From Desulfobacterales bacterium (GTDB lineage Bacteria > Desulfobacterota > Desulfobacteria > Desulfobacterales > UBA2174), in the NCBI GenBank assembly GCA_963668645.2, contig CAXXWC010000010.1:416001-480000 (forward strand): DNA of 64,000 bases, given 5' to 3'. Under the pieces are notes generated by a model, which saw nothing but the letters and a program-made list of their open reading frames with translations, had not been told where the DNA came from and made no database searches. Within the stretch, counting starts at the first letter, position 1. Every line of letters begins with the position of its first letter. Below are positions 47,866-57,696 of the stretch, piece after piece. Made by a program: the position numbers and the translations under genes.

Positions 47866-49444
47866 GTAAGCGTTCACGGGGTAAGGGAAACCGTGGTCTG
47901 AGCTATATCCAAGACAGATCGGGCTTGTCGTTGTTGAAGAACGATTCGATGCAGAGTTCCAGGGTCTGGAAGGTTGATTTCGCTTTTAACCGACAAGTTT
48001 CCTTCAGGGAGAGGATACGTTCTACCCAGCGATTTCCTTTTTCACTTTGGGTGCCGAGGCTGCGCTTTCGCCACAAAACCCCGAAGCGAAGCGCCCGTTC
48101 GGCCCGGTTGTTGGTCGGCTCCACGCCCTCGTGTTCGATGAAGAACCAAAGCGAGTCGATTTCGCGTAAAATCTGTCGAGCCAGCTGGCCAGCGTCGGAT
48201 TTATCGGGCTCCCACAGAGACAGCGCGAACAACAGTTGTGCGTAATACTGCTGCCATTGTCGCGGCGGCGGTGGATCTTTGGCAGATTGAATCAACTGCC
48301 GAAGCAAGGATGCCATGATGTGCCCGAAGCGTCGTAGATCAGGTTTTTTCCTCTCGCACAAGGCATCGGCCTTGCGGATCAGATGGGCAAGACAAGTTTG
48401 GCGCCCATGAACCCAGTTTCGGTATAGGCCGTAGGAGTCGCTGACCAGAATTCCTCGCCAATCCTGGATCAGCTGGTTGAAGGCATCCTTGGAACGGTGG
48501 GCATCGATACGATAGAAGGCCACCCGATCATTGACCATGGCCCACAGCCACTGAAGGCCGTTTTGGTTAAACCAGGACGTCTCGTCAATGTAATTGCACA
48601 GCGAACTGCGGGCCACGTCCCCGATGGCTTTGTATGCCGGAGTAATGGCCTCCGAAGCCCGGTCGACGATTTTCTGAATGGTGCCCGTGGCGATGGGCAT
48701 ACGCAGAACCGATTCGCATATATGCTTGACATCGTTTCGGCTCATCGCCTTGATGCCGCTCAACTCGGCGATCAACGCACTCAATCGCGGACCGTATCCA
48801 TAGCGAACCGGCTCGGGCAGCACGGCCTTGACAGTTTTCCCACAGCTGGGACAGTCGCAGCGGTGAAGTATAAAATGGCTGATCTCCATTTGGATTTCGG
48901 GCAGCTCGATATGCTGATGGGTATAAAACGGTTCCATCCGGCTTCCTCCGAAGTCGGTGTTGCCGCAACGACAGCGTTCGGGCATCAACGCATGAGATTT
49001 ATTTGGACTCAGCATTTGCTGCTTGTAGGCCTTATGGCCTTTCTGGCCGCCCTTGGGGCGACTTCCTTTTTTTCCATTCTTCCGGCCGGATCGGTCAAAC
49101 GGGCTGTCGGATGACGGCGGCTTGCTGGAGTTTCGAGAATTTTCCCGGGTCTTCACCTCCAGCTTTTCGATTCGCTTGCCGTAATCGTCAACTTGCTTCT
49201 GCAGATTATGCAAAGCCTGCTCGAGGTAAAGGATATAGTGCCGGACAGGTTCCGGCGTAAGATGCCATTCAAGGTCTGTGAAGGGTCTTTTCGTCTCCAT
49301 GGAAAAGAGCCTATCACACTAGAAAACGAATGTCTAGATTTTTTTAACAATTTCAATACTTTATGTCATAATGTATCTTTCTCTTGTGAATTCAGCATGT
49401 TAGACTTCGGAATTGTAACTCCGGGATACCCCGTGAACGCTTAC
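47866..49444 (-). mobile_element. IS66-family element, single-ORF type, copy 1 (1579 bp)
   Basis: IRs GTAAGCGTTCACGGGGTA / TACCCCGTGAACGCTTAC; 8-bp target duplication ATAAAATT. Confidence 0.95.
47903..49300 (-). CDS. IS66 transposase
   Basis: NSRNSSKPPSSD, GGQKGH, IDET, LVSDSY, QTCLAHLIR, PTNNRAERALR. Confidence 0.95.
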   Translation of the reverse strand: METKRPFTDLEWHLTPEPVRHYILYLEQALHNLQKQVDDYGKRIEKLEVKTRENSRNSSKPPSSDSPFDRSGRKNGKKGSRPKGGQKGHKAYKQQMLSPNKSHALMPERCRCGNTDFGGSRMEPFYTHQHIELPEIQMEISHFILHRCDCPSCGKTVKAVLPEPVRYGYGPRLSALIAELSGIKAMSRNDVKHICESVLRMPIATGTIQKIVDRASEAITPAYKAIGDVARSSLCNYIDETSWFNQNGLQWLWAMVNDRVAFYRIDAHRSKDAFNQLIQDWRGILVSDSYGLYRNWVHGRQTCLAHLIRKADALCERKKPDLRRFGHIMASLLRQLIQSAKDPPPPRQWQQYYAQLLFALSLWEPDKSDAGQLARQILREIDSLWFFIEHEGVEPTNNRAERALRFGVLWRKRSLGTQSEKGNRWVERILSLKETCRLKAKSTFQTLELCIESFFNNDKPDLSWI

Positions 49445-50013
49445 ATAAAATTAATAACACCTGAGAACGAAGCAGAAGCAAATGCAATCAAATCGATATT
49501 AGAGGAACATGGAATATATGCAGAAATCAAATCATTTCATGATACTGCCTATGACGGCCTTTTCCAATCTCAATATGGTTGGGGTTTAATTCTGGTTTCT
49601 GAGACAGACTTTCCGGAAGCACAGAGAATAATCCAGGAGTGGAAGGATGCCTCTCCGGCGGAACTTCCATGGGAAGACGATTCAAATTCCTGAATGAAAA
49701 ATGAAAAAACCGAGCCGACAGCCTACCTGGTGTAGGCGGCATTTTGCCATCCCCGGCAAGGGACAATTCCCTCATAGAATGATCAATCGTCCGAATCGCC
49801 TCGCTTTAGCGACGCCCTGTTTTTCATCGGCATCCCGTTGCTATCCGCCTGGATGCCTTCATCGAAATCCTGGGTGGAACGAATCTCAAAACATAAAGTT
49901 GTGCCGCCCAGCGGCATTGACACCATCCAGAGCCTCTGGTATGGAATTACGATACTAAAAAAATACTAAGGAACCCCGATACGTGGTGCACCGCTAAACC
50001 CCATCGCCAGAAT

Positions 50014-50205
50014 ATGAGTATCGAAGGCATAAGCCATATCACTTTCATCGTTCACGACCTGGAACGGATGGCGCGATTCCTCTGCGAAGGACTGGGTGCG
50101 CAGGAGGTTTATGACAGCAAAACCGGAACCTTTGAGCATCGTCTTGAGCGGTATCGGAAAAGTTCTAATCGCCAAAAAAGTTGCCCCTTTCCTTTGGATA
50201 GGTAA
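50014..50205 (+). pseudogene. FosX/FosE/FosI-family (VOC) fosfomycin hydrolase-like N-terminal fragment
   Basis: IEGISHITFIVHDLERMARFLCEGLGAQEVYDS resembles the family N-terminus; similarity is lost after about 36 aa. Confidence 0.6.
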
Positions 50206-50213
50206 AATCAACG

Positions 50214-50855
50214 TTGGGAAAAAGGAACATTAGCATCATGCTATTAGACAAGATTCAGGCTGATTATGACTTTACCGAAGTTCATTCCATCACTGCAAAG
50301 GCTACCGCACAGGCAGCCTTTGACAGCATAAAAGAAATTTCGCCTTCAGAGATCGCTTTGGTGATGCGAATCCTAGTCTGGCTGCGCTCACTTCCTGAAA
50401 GGTTGGTCGGCCGCCAGGGGATAGGGCTGAGGTGTGAAGAGCCGCTCATTTCCCAGATGGCGGCAAGGGGCTTCATCGTTCTGGCCGAAAACGCACCTGA
50501 AGAGATCCTGTTGGGCATGCTGGCTCCCGGCAAAATTGGACGTTTCTGGCATAACGCCAGCGATCTGAATCTGCGGCCGGCCGATGTTCAGCAATATCTG
50601 GTTTTTGACCGTCCAGAGTACATCCGGGTTGTGATGAACCTGGTGGTGGAAGCCACAGACAAACCCGGTTATGTTTCGATCCGCACCGAGACTCGCTGTC
50701 GTGCCTTGAGTCGCCGTGCACTATCGGAATTTACTCCCTACTGGCGTTTGATACGCCCGTTCAGCGGTCTAATCAGGATGGTTTGGCTAAAGGGCATTAA
50801 ACGCAAGGCGGAACAGAAAATGAGGCTGCACATGCTCAAGGAAGGCAACTATTGA
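50214..50855 (+). CDS. Hypothetical protein
   Basis: 213-aa ORF with DFTEVHSI..LVWLRSLP..TETR..FTPYWRLIRPFSGLIR; start may be ATG 50238. Confidence 0.7.
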   Translation: MGKRNISIMLLDKIQADYDFTEVHSITAKATAQAAFDSIKEISPSEIALVMRILVWLRSLPERLVGRQGIGLRCEEPLISQMAARGFIVLAENAPEEILLGMLAPGKIGRFWHNASDLNLRPADVQQYLVFDRPEYIRVVMNLVVEATDKPGYVSIRTETRCRALSRRALSEFTPYWRLIRPFSGLIRMVWLKGIKRKAEQKMRLHMLKEGNY

Positions 50856-50964
50856 CAGTAGGCTGTAGCACTGCCTGGAAAGAAGGACGCGATTGAAGTT
50901 GATTTCTATTTACCTAATGCGTTTTTCAATACCGGCTCCCCCATAAAGGATCGAAGAAAACATC

Positions 50965-53900
50965 TTGGTTGAAGTGCTCACACACATGATCGAGGCTCTC
51001 GGCCTTGAAGTCGCTGCTATCAAAAAACGAGGAAGTGGCACTCAGGTTGGGCTACGCGGTGGCGAGCGCGTTGGCCAAGCAGAAGGAGCGTGGCTTTACC
51101 GCTTCATTCTGGCCGAAGATTTGTCCCTCCGCGACGACACCCCGGTCCGCGTGACAGTGGACCAGGATGACGTCTCGGGCCTGCTTGTTTCGTTTGCTGA
51201 CGGCGTGCTTATCGTCGCGTTGGAAAAAGATATCGGCTCACGGATTGCCACCGCTCACCTCGTGGCAAACGACTGTTTTCTTATCGAACTGCTGAAAGAA
51301 CGCTTGGAAAAGGTTCGAAGCGGCGAAGTTCGGTTCAACCGCACTATGGCCAACAAAGTGATCGGCCTTGTGCCGCCTTGCTCCACGGACGCGGCCCCCG
51401 ACCCTTCGGTCTTCGCAGACGGTACTGCCAACACGGACCAGATTCTTGCCGTTACGCGATCTCTTGGCAGTGACACCACATACGTCTGGGGGCCTCCCGG
51501 CACAGGCAAGACAACCACGCTTGCACGCATCGTCGAGGCTCATTACAGGGCCGGCCGGTCGGTCCTGCTCGTATCGAACACGAACATCGCCGTAGACACG
51601 GCTCTCGAACGTGTGGCCGAGCGGCTAAAAGGCGAGCCCGACTTTCACCAGGGACTCGTAATCCGACAGGGACCGGTCGTAAAGGAGGAACTGCGACAAC
51701 GCTTCGGCTCACAGGTGATCCTTAAAGAAATTCTGGCACGGCTGGGTGAAAAGTTGCTGCGGGAAAAAGGCAAGTTGTTAGAAGAGGCGGAGTTGCTGAA
51801 GGCCGAGGAACTTTCCCTGATGGCCGTGCTGAAGGACATCGAGCGCCTGACGTCTGCTCGGCGTACCTACGCCGTCGTCATGAATAAACGCGAGGACGCG
51901 AGCGCAACCATCGCCATTCGCAAACAAGATGCTCAACGGCACCGCGTGCGTGCCTTGAAGTTGCGTAGCGACTTGGAACGCGCAAAGTCCATGGGCGTCT
52001 TGCGCCGCCTCCTCTCGGGCCTCAACCCCAAACGCCTGGCACAAGAGGCGGCCGGCGCCGAGGATTCAGAGCAGGCCGCTGCCGATGCCGCAAGGGCGAT
52101 CGAAGCCGATTTACCGAAACTCGATGCGGAAATCGAATCGCTCAGAAAAGAGGTAACCCGACTCGCGGCCGAGACTCGAAAACATCCACCGGCACAAGAA
52201 ATAGAGGCACGTTTCGGCACGCTGCGTCCCCGTCTCAGCCAGATCGACAAGCGCGTCGAGGCAATCGATCGTGAATTGGCCGAACTCAGGAGAAAGGCCA
52301 TTGAGCGATGCCGGATCCTCGCCACCACGGTCTACCGCACCTACCTTGGCAGTGACGCACTTCGCCAGTTCGATGTCGCCGTGGTTGACGAGGCCTCCAT
52401 GCTCATGCCACCTCTCGTTTACTACGCAGCCGGGTTGTGCACCCAATCGGTCACGGTGGCTGGGGACTTCAGACAGCTCCCACCGATTGTGATGTCGGAT
52501 TCGGCACTGACACGTACCTACTTAAAATGCGATGTTTTCGAAAAGGCAAACATACCGGGACGCCTGGCGCAAAAAGAGCTGCCACCTCATCTAGTGGCAC
52601 TGAGAACCCAGTACCGGATGCGCGAGCAAATTTGCGATGTTGTCAACGATCTCTTCTACGCTGATTATCCCTTGCACTCGGATCCGAGTGTCAACCATGG
52701 GAACGATGGCTTCCCCTTATCCAAAGCAGCGCTGCTCTATGTGGACACAGCGCCCTTCCACCCTTGGACGGCCTTTCCCCTTGGAACCTACTCCCGCTAC
52801 AACCTCCTCCACGCCCTGTTGGTACGAAACATCGTCCTGTATCTGGACGATATGGGCTTTCTGCCACCCGCAGGTAGGCCAAACGATGCTGTGGGCGCTG
52901 TAGCGCCGTACGCTTCACAGGCGCGCCTGATCCAGGCTTTGCTCAACGACCGTCTCGGTGATCGCGCCGCCGGCATTGCCGCTACAGTCCACCGATTTCA
53001 GGGCAATGAAAAAGCGGCGATGGTGCTCGATCTCACCGACTCGCTCGGCGCACCGCTGAGCCGTTTCCTCCAGGCGACCCGGATCGAGGAAGACGGTGCA
53101 CGCCTGCTCAATGTGGCCATAAGCCGCGCCCGGCAGCATGTAATCCTGCTGGCGAACTTCAAATACATACGCGCCAAAGCCCCACGCAAAGGATACGTGC
53201 ACCGGCTTTTGGACCTCTTCGAAAATCACGGGGAAACGCTGGACCTCAAGGCGCTGTTGCCCTTGGCTGAACAGGGCTGGATTGACGGGCTCCACCAGGT
53301 GTTACCTGACACTTTCGACCTGCCAAAGGGCGCTGCCGGAGCTTTCACCGAAGGCACCTTCTATCCCGCATTCCTCAGGGATCTTGTCCAAGCACGGAAA
53401 TCCATTGTCATTTTCTCACCTTTCGCCACCGGCCGCGGCACGGGACGCTGGGTTGATCCGCTGCGCGCCGCGCTGGCTCGCAGGGTGTGCATCCGCATCC
53501 TTATGCGGCCTCCTCAAGAGTCCGGCGAAATTCAAACCGATGAGTTGGGGGAGTTGGTGCGCGCGCTGCGCGATCTCGGCGTTGTTGTCGACCTACGAGC
53601 TCAGATGCACGAGAAGATAGCGATCCTCGATGGTCACACCCTCTGGCACGGATCGCTCAACATTCTCTCACACCGGGATACCCACGAAAGCATGCTGCGC
53701 ATCGAGAGCACGACCGGTTGCCAACAACTCAGCCGCTTTCTCACCACACCGGCAAGCCGGCACAGGAAGGACAATACCCCATCGCTGGAAGCACCGGAAA
53801 ACCCCAAGTGCCCAACATGCGGAGGACCGACGATATGGAATACGGGGCGGGAAGGGATCTGGTTCAAATGCGAAAACCCGGCCTGTGACGGCAGGATAGG

Positions 53901-54111
53901 CACACGCCGAACCCGACGCGACGCCCGAGGGAATGGTGCAGGCCGCCAGGGCCAACCCAGCACAAGAAAAGAAAATGTTTCAAACGACACGAACGGCAGA
54001 AGGTGTCCTGAACCCGGCTGCGGAGGTGAGCTTCGCATGCGCAACGGGCGCTACGGCCCTTTTCTGGGCTGCTCCAACTATCCACGTTGCAGACACACAG
54101 AAGATCTATAG
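50965..54111 (+). CDS. SF1 (DNA2/NAM7/UPF1-like) helicase fused to a coiled coil, a PLD-like nuclease domain and two zinc ribbons
   Basis: WGPPGTGKT, SNTNIAVD, VDEAS, GDFRQLPP, QYRM, TVHRFQG, NVAISRAR; HEKIAILD..GSLN (HKD); CPTC..C..C and CPEPGC..RNGRYGPFLGCSNYPRC. Confidence 0.88.
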   Translation: MVEVLTHMIEALGLEVAAIKKRGSGTQVGLRGGERVGQAEGAWLYRFILAEDLSLRDDTPVRVTVDQDDVSGLLVSFADGVLIVALEKDIGSRIATAHLVANDCFLIELLKERLEKVRSGEVRFNRTMANKVIGLVPPCSTDAAPDPSVFADGTANTDQILAVTRSLGSDTTYVWGPPGTGKTTTLARIVEAHYRAGRSVLLVSNTNIAVDTALERVAERLKGEPDFHQGLVIRQGPVVKEELRQRFGSQVILKEILARLGEKLLREKGKLLEEAELLKAEELSLMAVLKDIERLTSARRTYAVVMNKREDASATIAIRKQDAQRHRVRALKLRSDLERAKSMGVLRRLLSGLNPKRLAQEAAGAEDSEQAAADAARAIEADLPKLDAEIESLRKEVTRLAAETRKHPPAQEIEARFGTLRPRLSQIDKRVEAIDRELAELRRKAIERCRILATTVYRTYLGSDALRQFDVAVVDEASMLMPPLVYYAAGLCTQSVTVAGDFRQLPPIVMSDSALTRTYLKCDVFEKANIPGRLAQKELPPHLVALRTQYRMREQICDVVNDLFYADYPLHSDPSVNHGNDGFPLSKAALLYVDTAPFHPWTAFPLGTYSRYNLLHALLVRNIVLYLDDMGFLPPAGRPNDAVGAVAPYASQARLIQALLNDRLGDRAAGIAATVHRFQGNEKAAMVLDLTDSLGAPLSRFLQATRIEEDGARLLNVAISRARQHVILLANFKYIRAKAPRKGYVHRLLDLFENHGETLDLKALLPLAEQGWIDGLHQVLPDTFDLPKGAAGAFTEGTFYPAFLRDLVQARKSIVIFSPFATGRGTGRWVDPLRAALARRVCIRILMRPPQESGEIQTDELGELVRALRDLGVVVDLRAQMHEKIAILDGHTLWHGSLNILSHRDTHESMLRIESTTGCQQLSRFLTTPASRHRKDNTPSLEAPENPKCPTCGGPTIWNTGREGIWFKCENPACDGRIGTRRTRRDARGNGAGRQGQPSTRKENVSNDTNGRRCPEPGCGGELRMRNGRYGPFLGCSNYPRCRHTEDL

Positions 54112-54172
54112 TGATAGACCAAGTTATTATGATTGATGGCCATAAAATCTGTTTAGACAAAAGCAAGGAAGG

Positions 54173-54892
54173 ATGAATCCTACAACCATGATAGAAATTG
54201 TCCGCACCGCACTACGAGCGTATGCCAATGAATCGGACGCCAAATTCTTGCAGCGTTTTTTCAAGACCGGCCCCGGTGAATATGGAGAAGGCGATCGGTT
54301 TATCGGGGTCCGGGTCCCTGCAACCAGGCGTGTTGCGCGAAGATACCGGGATTTGCCTTTGACCGACACGCTGGTCTTGCTCCAGTCGCCGATCCATGAG
54401 GAGCGCCTCCTGGCGTTGATCCTCCTGGTTGAAAAATACCGGCAAGGCACATCGGACGAACAATCGGAAATCTACAGGCAATACCTGGACAACACCCGAC
54501 ACATCAACAGCTGGGACCTGGTGGATGTATCCGCCGAGCATATTGTCGGAGCCTACCTCAAGAACCGATCCCGCAGTCCACTGTATGAACTCGCGCGTTC
54601 AGACTGCCTTTGGGAGCGGCGCATCGCAATCATGGCGACCTTCCATTTCATCAAGAATAACGAGTTTGGCGAAACGCTGAAAATTGCCGAAATGCTCGTG
54701 GCTGACGACCAGGACTTGATTCACAAAGCCGTGGGCTGGATGCTGCGCGAAATCGGCAAGCGGGATCAAGACACGGAAGTCTCTTTTTTGAAAAAATACT
54801 ATCAGCGCATGCCTCGAACGATGTTAAGATATGCAATCGAGAAATTCCCCGAGAATGTCCGCCAGCAGTATCTGAAAGGAACCGTGAATTGA
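54173..54892 (+). CDS. DNA alkylation repair protein (AlkD-like)
   Basis: FFKTGPGEYGEGDRFIGVRVP, INSWDLVD, LWERRIA, DLIHKAVGWMLRE, MPRTMLRYAIE. Confidence 0.9.
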   Translation: MNPTTMIEIVRTALRAYANESDAKFLQRFFKTGPGEYGEGDRFIGVRVPATRRVARRYRDLPLTDTLVLLQSPIHEERLLALILLVEKYRQGTSDEQSEIYRQYLDNTRHINSWDLVDVSAEHIVGAYLKNRSRSPLYELARSDCLWERRIAIMATFHFIKNNEFGETLKIAEMLVADDQDLIHKAVGWMLREIGKRDQDTEVSFLKKYYQRMPRTMLRYAIEKFPENVRQQYLKGTVN

Positions 54893-55647
54893 CGAAGCTT
54901 ACAACCGGTCTGCCAGTCTGGCTTAACCGATGGATGGAAAGCCACGACGTTCCGCTATGGGGGGCGGCCGACCTGAGAGGATTTGCCACACCTCCCGACC
55001 GGACCGGGAAAAGGCCTCCCTTCGCCATTTCATATGCAATGCCCGTGAATCCCGAAATTATGCTCAACATCCAGAACGGACCCAACCGGCAATATGCGGA
55101 CGAGTACACCCGGGTAAACAATCGGATCAATGAGCTGTCGGTGACGCTGGCCGCCGAAATAAGCGGCAGGGGGTTTCAATCCGTTGCGTTGGCCGCATCG
55201 GTGCGCACGGATACGGTGAACATAAAAGGTGATTTCCCGCACAAAACCGCGGCGACAAGAGCGGGCCTGGGCTGGATAGGGCGCCATTGCCAGCTTATCA
55301 CGCGCCGCTTCGGTTCATGGGTCAGGCTCGGCACCGTATTCACCGATATGGAACTTGCGTGCGGGCCGCCGGTGGAAAAAAACTTTTGCGGCCGCTGCAC
55401 GCGTTGTGTGGATGCCTGTCCCGCAAAAGCCCTGAACGGCGCCAAATGGTATCCGGGATTGCCGCGCGAGGAACTACTGGATGTCCAGGCATGCGATCAA
55501 TGGAAAAAGGAACACTATTTTCAGTTCAATAAAGGCCATAACTGCGGGATCTGTTCCGCAGTATGCCCTTACGGATTGAAGGCTTTGGGCCGGGCTGCAT
55601 CCCCGGGGCCCAGCGGCCGCTGCATCAAAACGCTGTCCACCCACTGA
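54889..55647 (+). CDS. Epoxyqueuosine reductase-like 4Fe-4S protein
   Basis: FPHKTAATRAGLGWIG..LIT..FGSWVRLGTVFTD, CGRCTRCVDACP, CGICSAVCPYG. Confidence 0.85.
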   Translation: MTKLTTGLPVWLNRWMESHDVPLWGAADLRGFATPPDRTGKRPPFAISYAMPVNPEIMLNIQNGPNRQYADEYTRVNNRINELSVTLAAEISGRGFQSVALAASVRTDTVNIKGDFPHKTAATRAGLGWIGRHCQLITRRFGSWVRLGTVFTDMELACGPPVEKNFCGRCTRCVDACPAKALNGAKWYPGLPREELLDVQACDQWKKEHYFQFNKGHNCGICSAVCPYGLKALGRAASPGPSGRCIKTLSTH

Positions 55648-56147
55648 CCGAGCTTGAAACCAACGGATTTCAGCGTACCGGCCTCCTCGAAGCCCAAACG
55701 GCGGTGCAGGGCGATGGAAGAGGCGTTTTGGCTGTTGCCGATCACGGCGATCATCTGCCGCCAGGGGCCGGCTTCGCATCGCGCGATGAGCTGCCCGAGC
55801 AGGGCCGTTCCGACACCCTGCCCCCCGAAGCCCTCGGCCACATAGACGGAGTCTTCAATCGTGAATCGATAGGCCGGCCGGGGGCGGTAGACCGCCGCGT
55901 AGCTGTAACCGACAACGTGCCTGTCGATTTCGGCCACCAGGTATGGAAGACCGAGGCTTTGCACGCAAGCAAGGCGTGACAACATTTCGTCAATGGACGG
56001 CGGCACCTCTTCGAAAGTCGCCAGGCCATGAAGCACATGAGGGGCATAAATGGCCTGGACCGCCGTCATATCGGCCTCGGTTGCAGGCCGAACAGTGAGC
56101 GGATGCCCAGGATAAGGGATTGGGGCAGTATCCTTGTGGTTTTCCAT
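55569..56147 (-). CDS. GNAT N-acetyltransferase (phosphinothricin acetyltransferase-like)
   Basis: GLATFEEVPP, YRPRPAYRFTIEDSVYV, GQGVG, NASSIALHRRLGF, VGFKLGQWVD. Confidence 0.92.
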   Translation of the reverse strand: MENHKDTAPIPYPGHPLTVRPATEADMTAVQAIYAPHVLHGLATFEEVPPSIDEMLSRLACVQSLGLPYLVAEIDRHVVGYSYAAVYRPRPAYRFTIEDSVYVAEGFGGQGVGTALLGQLIARCEAGPWRQMIAVIGNSQNASSIALHRRLGFEEAGTLKSVGFKLGQWVDSVLMQRPLGPGDAARPKAFNP

Positions 56148-56622
56148 GGCAGTTCCTTTGCGAATCCCCACCGGGGCAACGTTTCATTCGGCGGCAGGAA
56201 AATGCCGGCCGATTTCGACCAAATCTTATACACGCTTGAATGTGCAAAGGCGAGACCCCGCGGTAGCCGGAATCCTGCCGCCGGCATCTTGGGCCGCTGC
56301 TTGGGCGGCGCCCGGGACTCAGGGCCTTCTGCAAGTGACGATGGAATACGTGCCACTGCCCGGCATAACAGTTCAAACCGCCAGAACCGGATGATGAAAA
56401 AGATCGAAAAATTGACCTGCGGGACATATTGACGCTCACTATAGCCTCTGATATAAAACTATCATACTTATTTTTTTTAGTTAAAACTCGTGCCAATGCG
56501 CTCTGAAACCTCATTCACTGGATCGAACAGGTAGGATTTTATTTCTCGGCTGTTATCTTCAAATCGATGAATCGGCACAGCGAGACAATCTTTGAATCTC
56601 TTGCCAATTTACGGTGCGAATC

Positions 56623-57591
56623 ATGGAGATAACAAAACAGCGCAGCGATATCTTTACATGCTTTATCCTTGCGACTCTTTCCATTCTTTTGACCCTCATG
56701 GCATATGGTTGCAGTGACGAGCGGTCGACGGTAAACTTGCAGGGCAGCTCTGAGCGCAAGATATCATCGCATACTGATATTAAAGACCACCGAGCGGTTT
56801 TGCACGTAGCCATCGGCGCGATGCTTTCGCCTGAAATCACGCGCCGATACTATGAGGATCTGGTGAAGCTGGTGGCGGCGCGCGTCAACCGGAGGGTAAT
56901 CTTTTCACAACGCCGCACGTATGCCGAAATCAATGAAATGGTGAAATCTCGTGATGCGGATATTGCGTTCGTCTGTTCAGGGCCCTACACCAAAGGTCAT
57001 CAGGATTTTGGCATGCAGATCCTGGCAGTTCCGGTTGTAAACGATCAACACGTATATCATTCCTATATCATAGCCAGAGTGGGCAGTGACATAGAATCAT
57101 TTGATGACTTAAAGGATCACCGCTTCGCTTTCACCGACCCGAACTCAAACACCGGATACCTCGTTCCCAATTACATGTGCGCAAAACGCGGTGAAACGGT
57201 CAGTTCATATTTCCGGGAAACATTTTTTACCCACAGCCACGACAACTCCATAAAGGCCGTTGCCGGCGGACTGGCCGAGGGCGCTGCAGTGGATTCCCTC
57301 ATCTGGGAGTTTATGAACAGGGTCGACCCATCAGATACCTCACGCACGAAAATTGTCGAAAAATCCGAGCCATATGGAATCCCCCCCATCGTGGTTCATC
57401 CGGACTTTGACAACGATTTGAAAAGACGCCTTAAATCCGCCTTTCTCTCCATCCATAGAAACCAAAAGGCCGTTCCATTACTTCGCGAAATCAATATCGA
57501 CCGTTTTGTGGAAGGAATAGATTCAGACTATGAAAGCGTCCGTGAAATGCAGAAGTGGGTCGAAAGTTTCAAGAGGGGGAAGAAAAACTAA
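56623..57591 (+). CDS. PhnD-like phosphate/phosphonate-type substrate-binding lipoprotein
   Basis: Lipobox MAYGC, QRRTYAEIN, AFVCSGPY, YHSYII, FAFTDPNSNTG, HSHDNSIKAV, AAVDSLIW, PPIVV. Confidence 0.85.
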   Translation: MEITKQRSDIFTCFILATLSILLTLMAYGCSDERSTVNLQGSSERKISSHTDIKDHRAVLHVAIGAMLSPEITRRYYEDLVKLVAARVNRRVIFSQRRTYAEINEMVKSRDADIAFVCSGPYTKGHQDFGMQILAVPVVNDQHVYHSYIIARVGSDIESFDDLKDHRFAFTDPNSNTGYLVPNYMCAKRGETVSSYFRETFFTHSHDNSIKAVAGGLAEGAAVDSLIWEFMNRVDPSDTSRTKIVEKSEPYGIPPIVVHPDFDNDLKRRLKSAFLSIHRNQKAVPLLREINIDRFVEGIDSDYESVREMQKWVESFKRGKKN

Positions 57592-57696
57592 TGTTAAAAA
57601 TAAAAATATTTTTGCGCACTGTTTTTCTGATAGTAGCGCTGATCGGATCGATTGCGGCGGCATTTATTTTTTTCAGGGTTTACGAAAACCGTGCCG

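Larger units (their letters stand above)
47855..49693 (+). pseudogene. DUF2007-like small protein interrupted by IS66 just after its start codon
   Basis: ATG ATA AAA TT | IS66 | ATA AAA TTA ATA..; removing the IS restores MIKLITPENEAEANAIKSILEEHGI..AYDGLFQ..GWG..*. Confidence 0.75.

Noticed and set aside
56484..56500. Sigma54 promoter candidates here (TTGGCACG on the minus strand) and near 2365-2381
   Set aside because: The GC at -12 is missing or mis-spaced relative to GG at -24.
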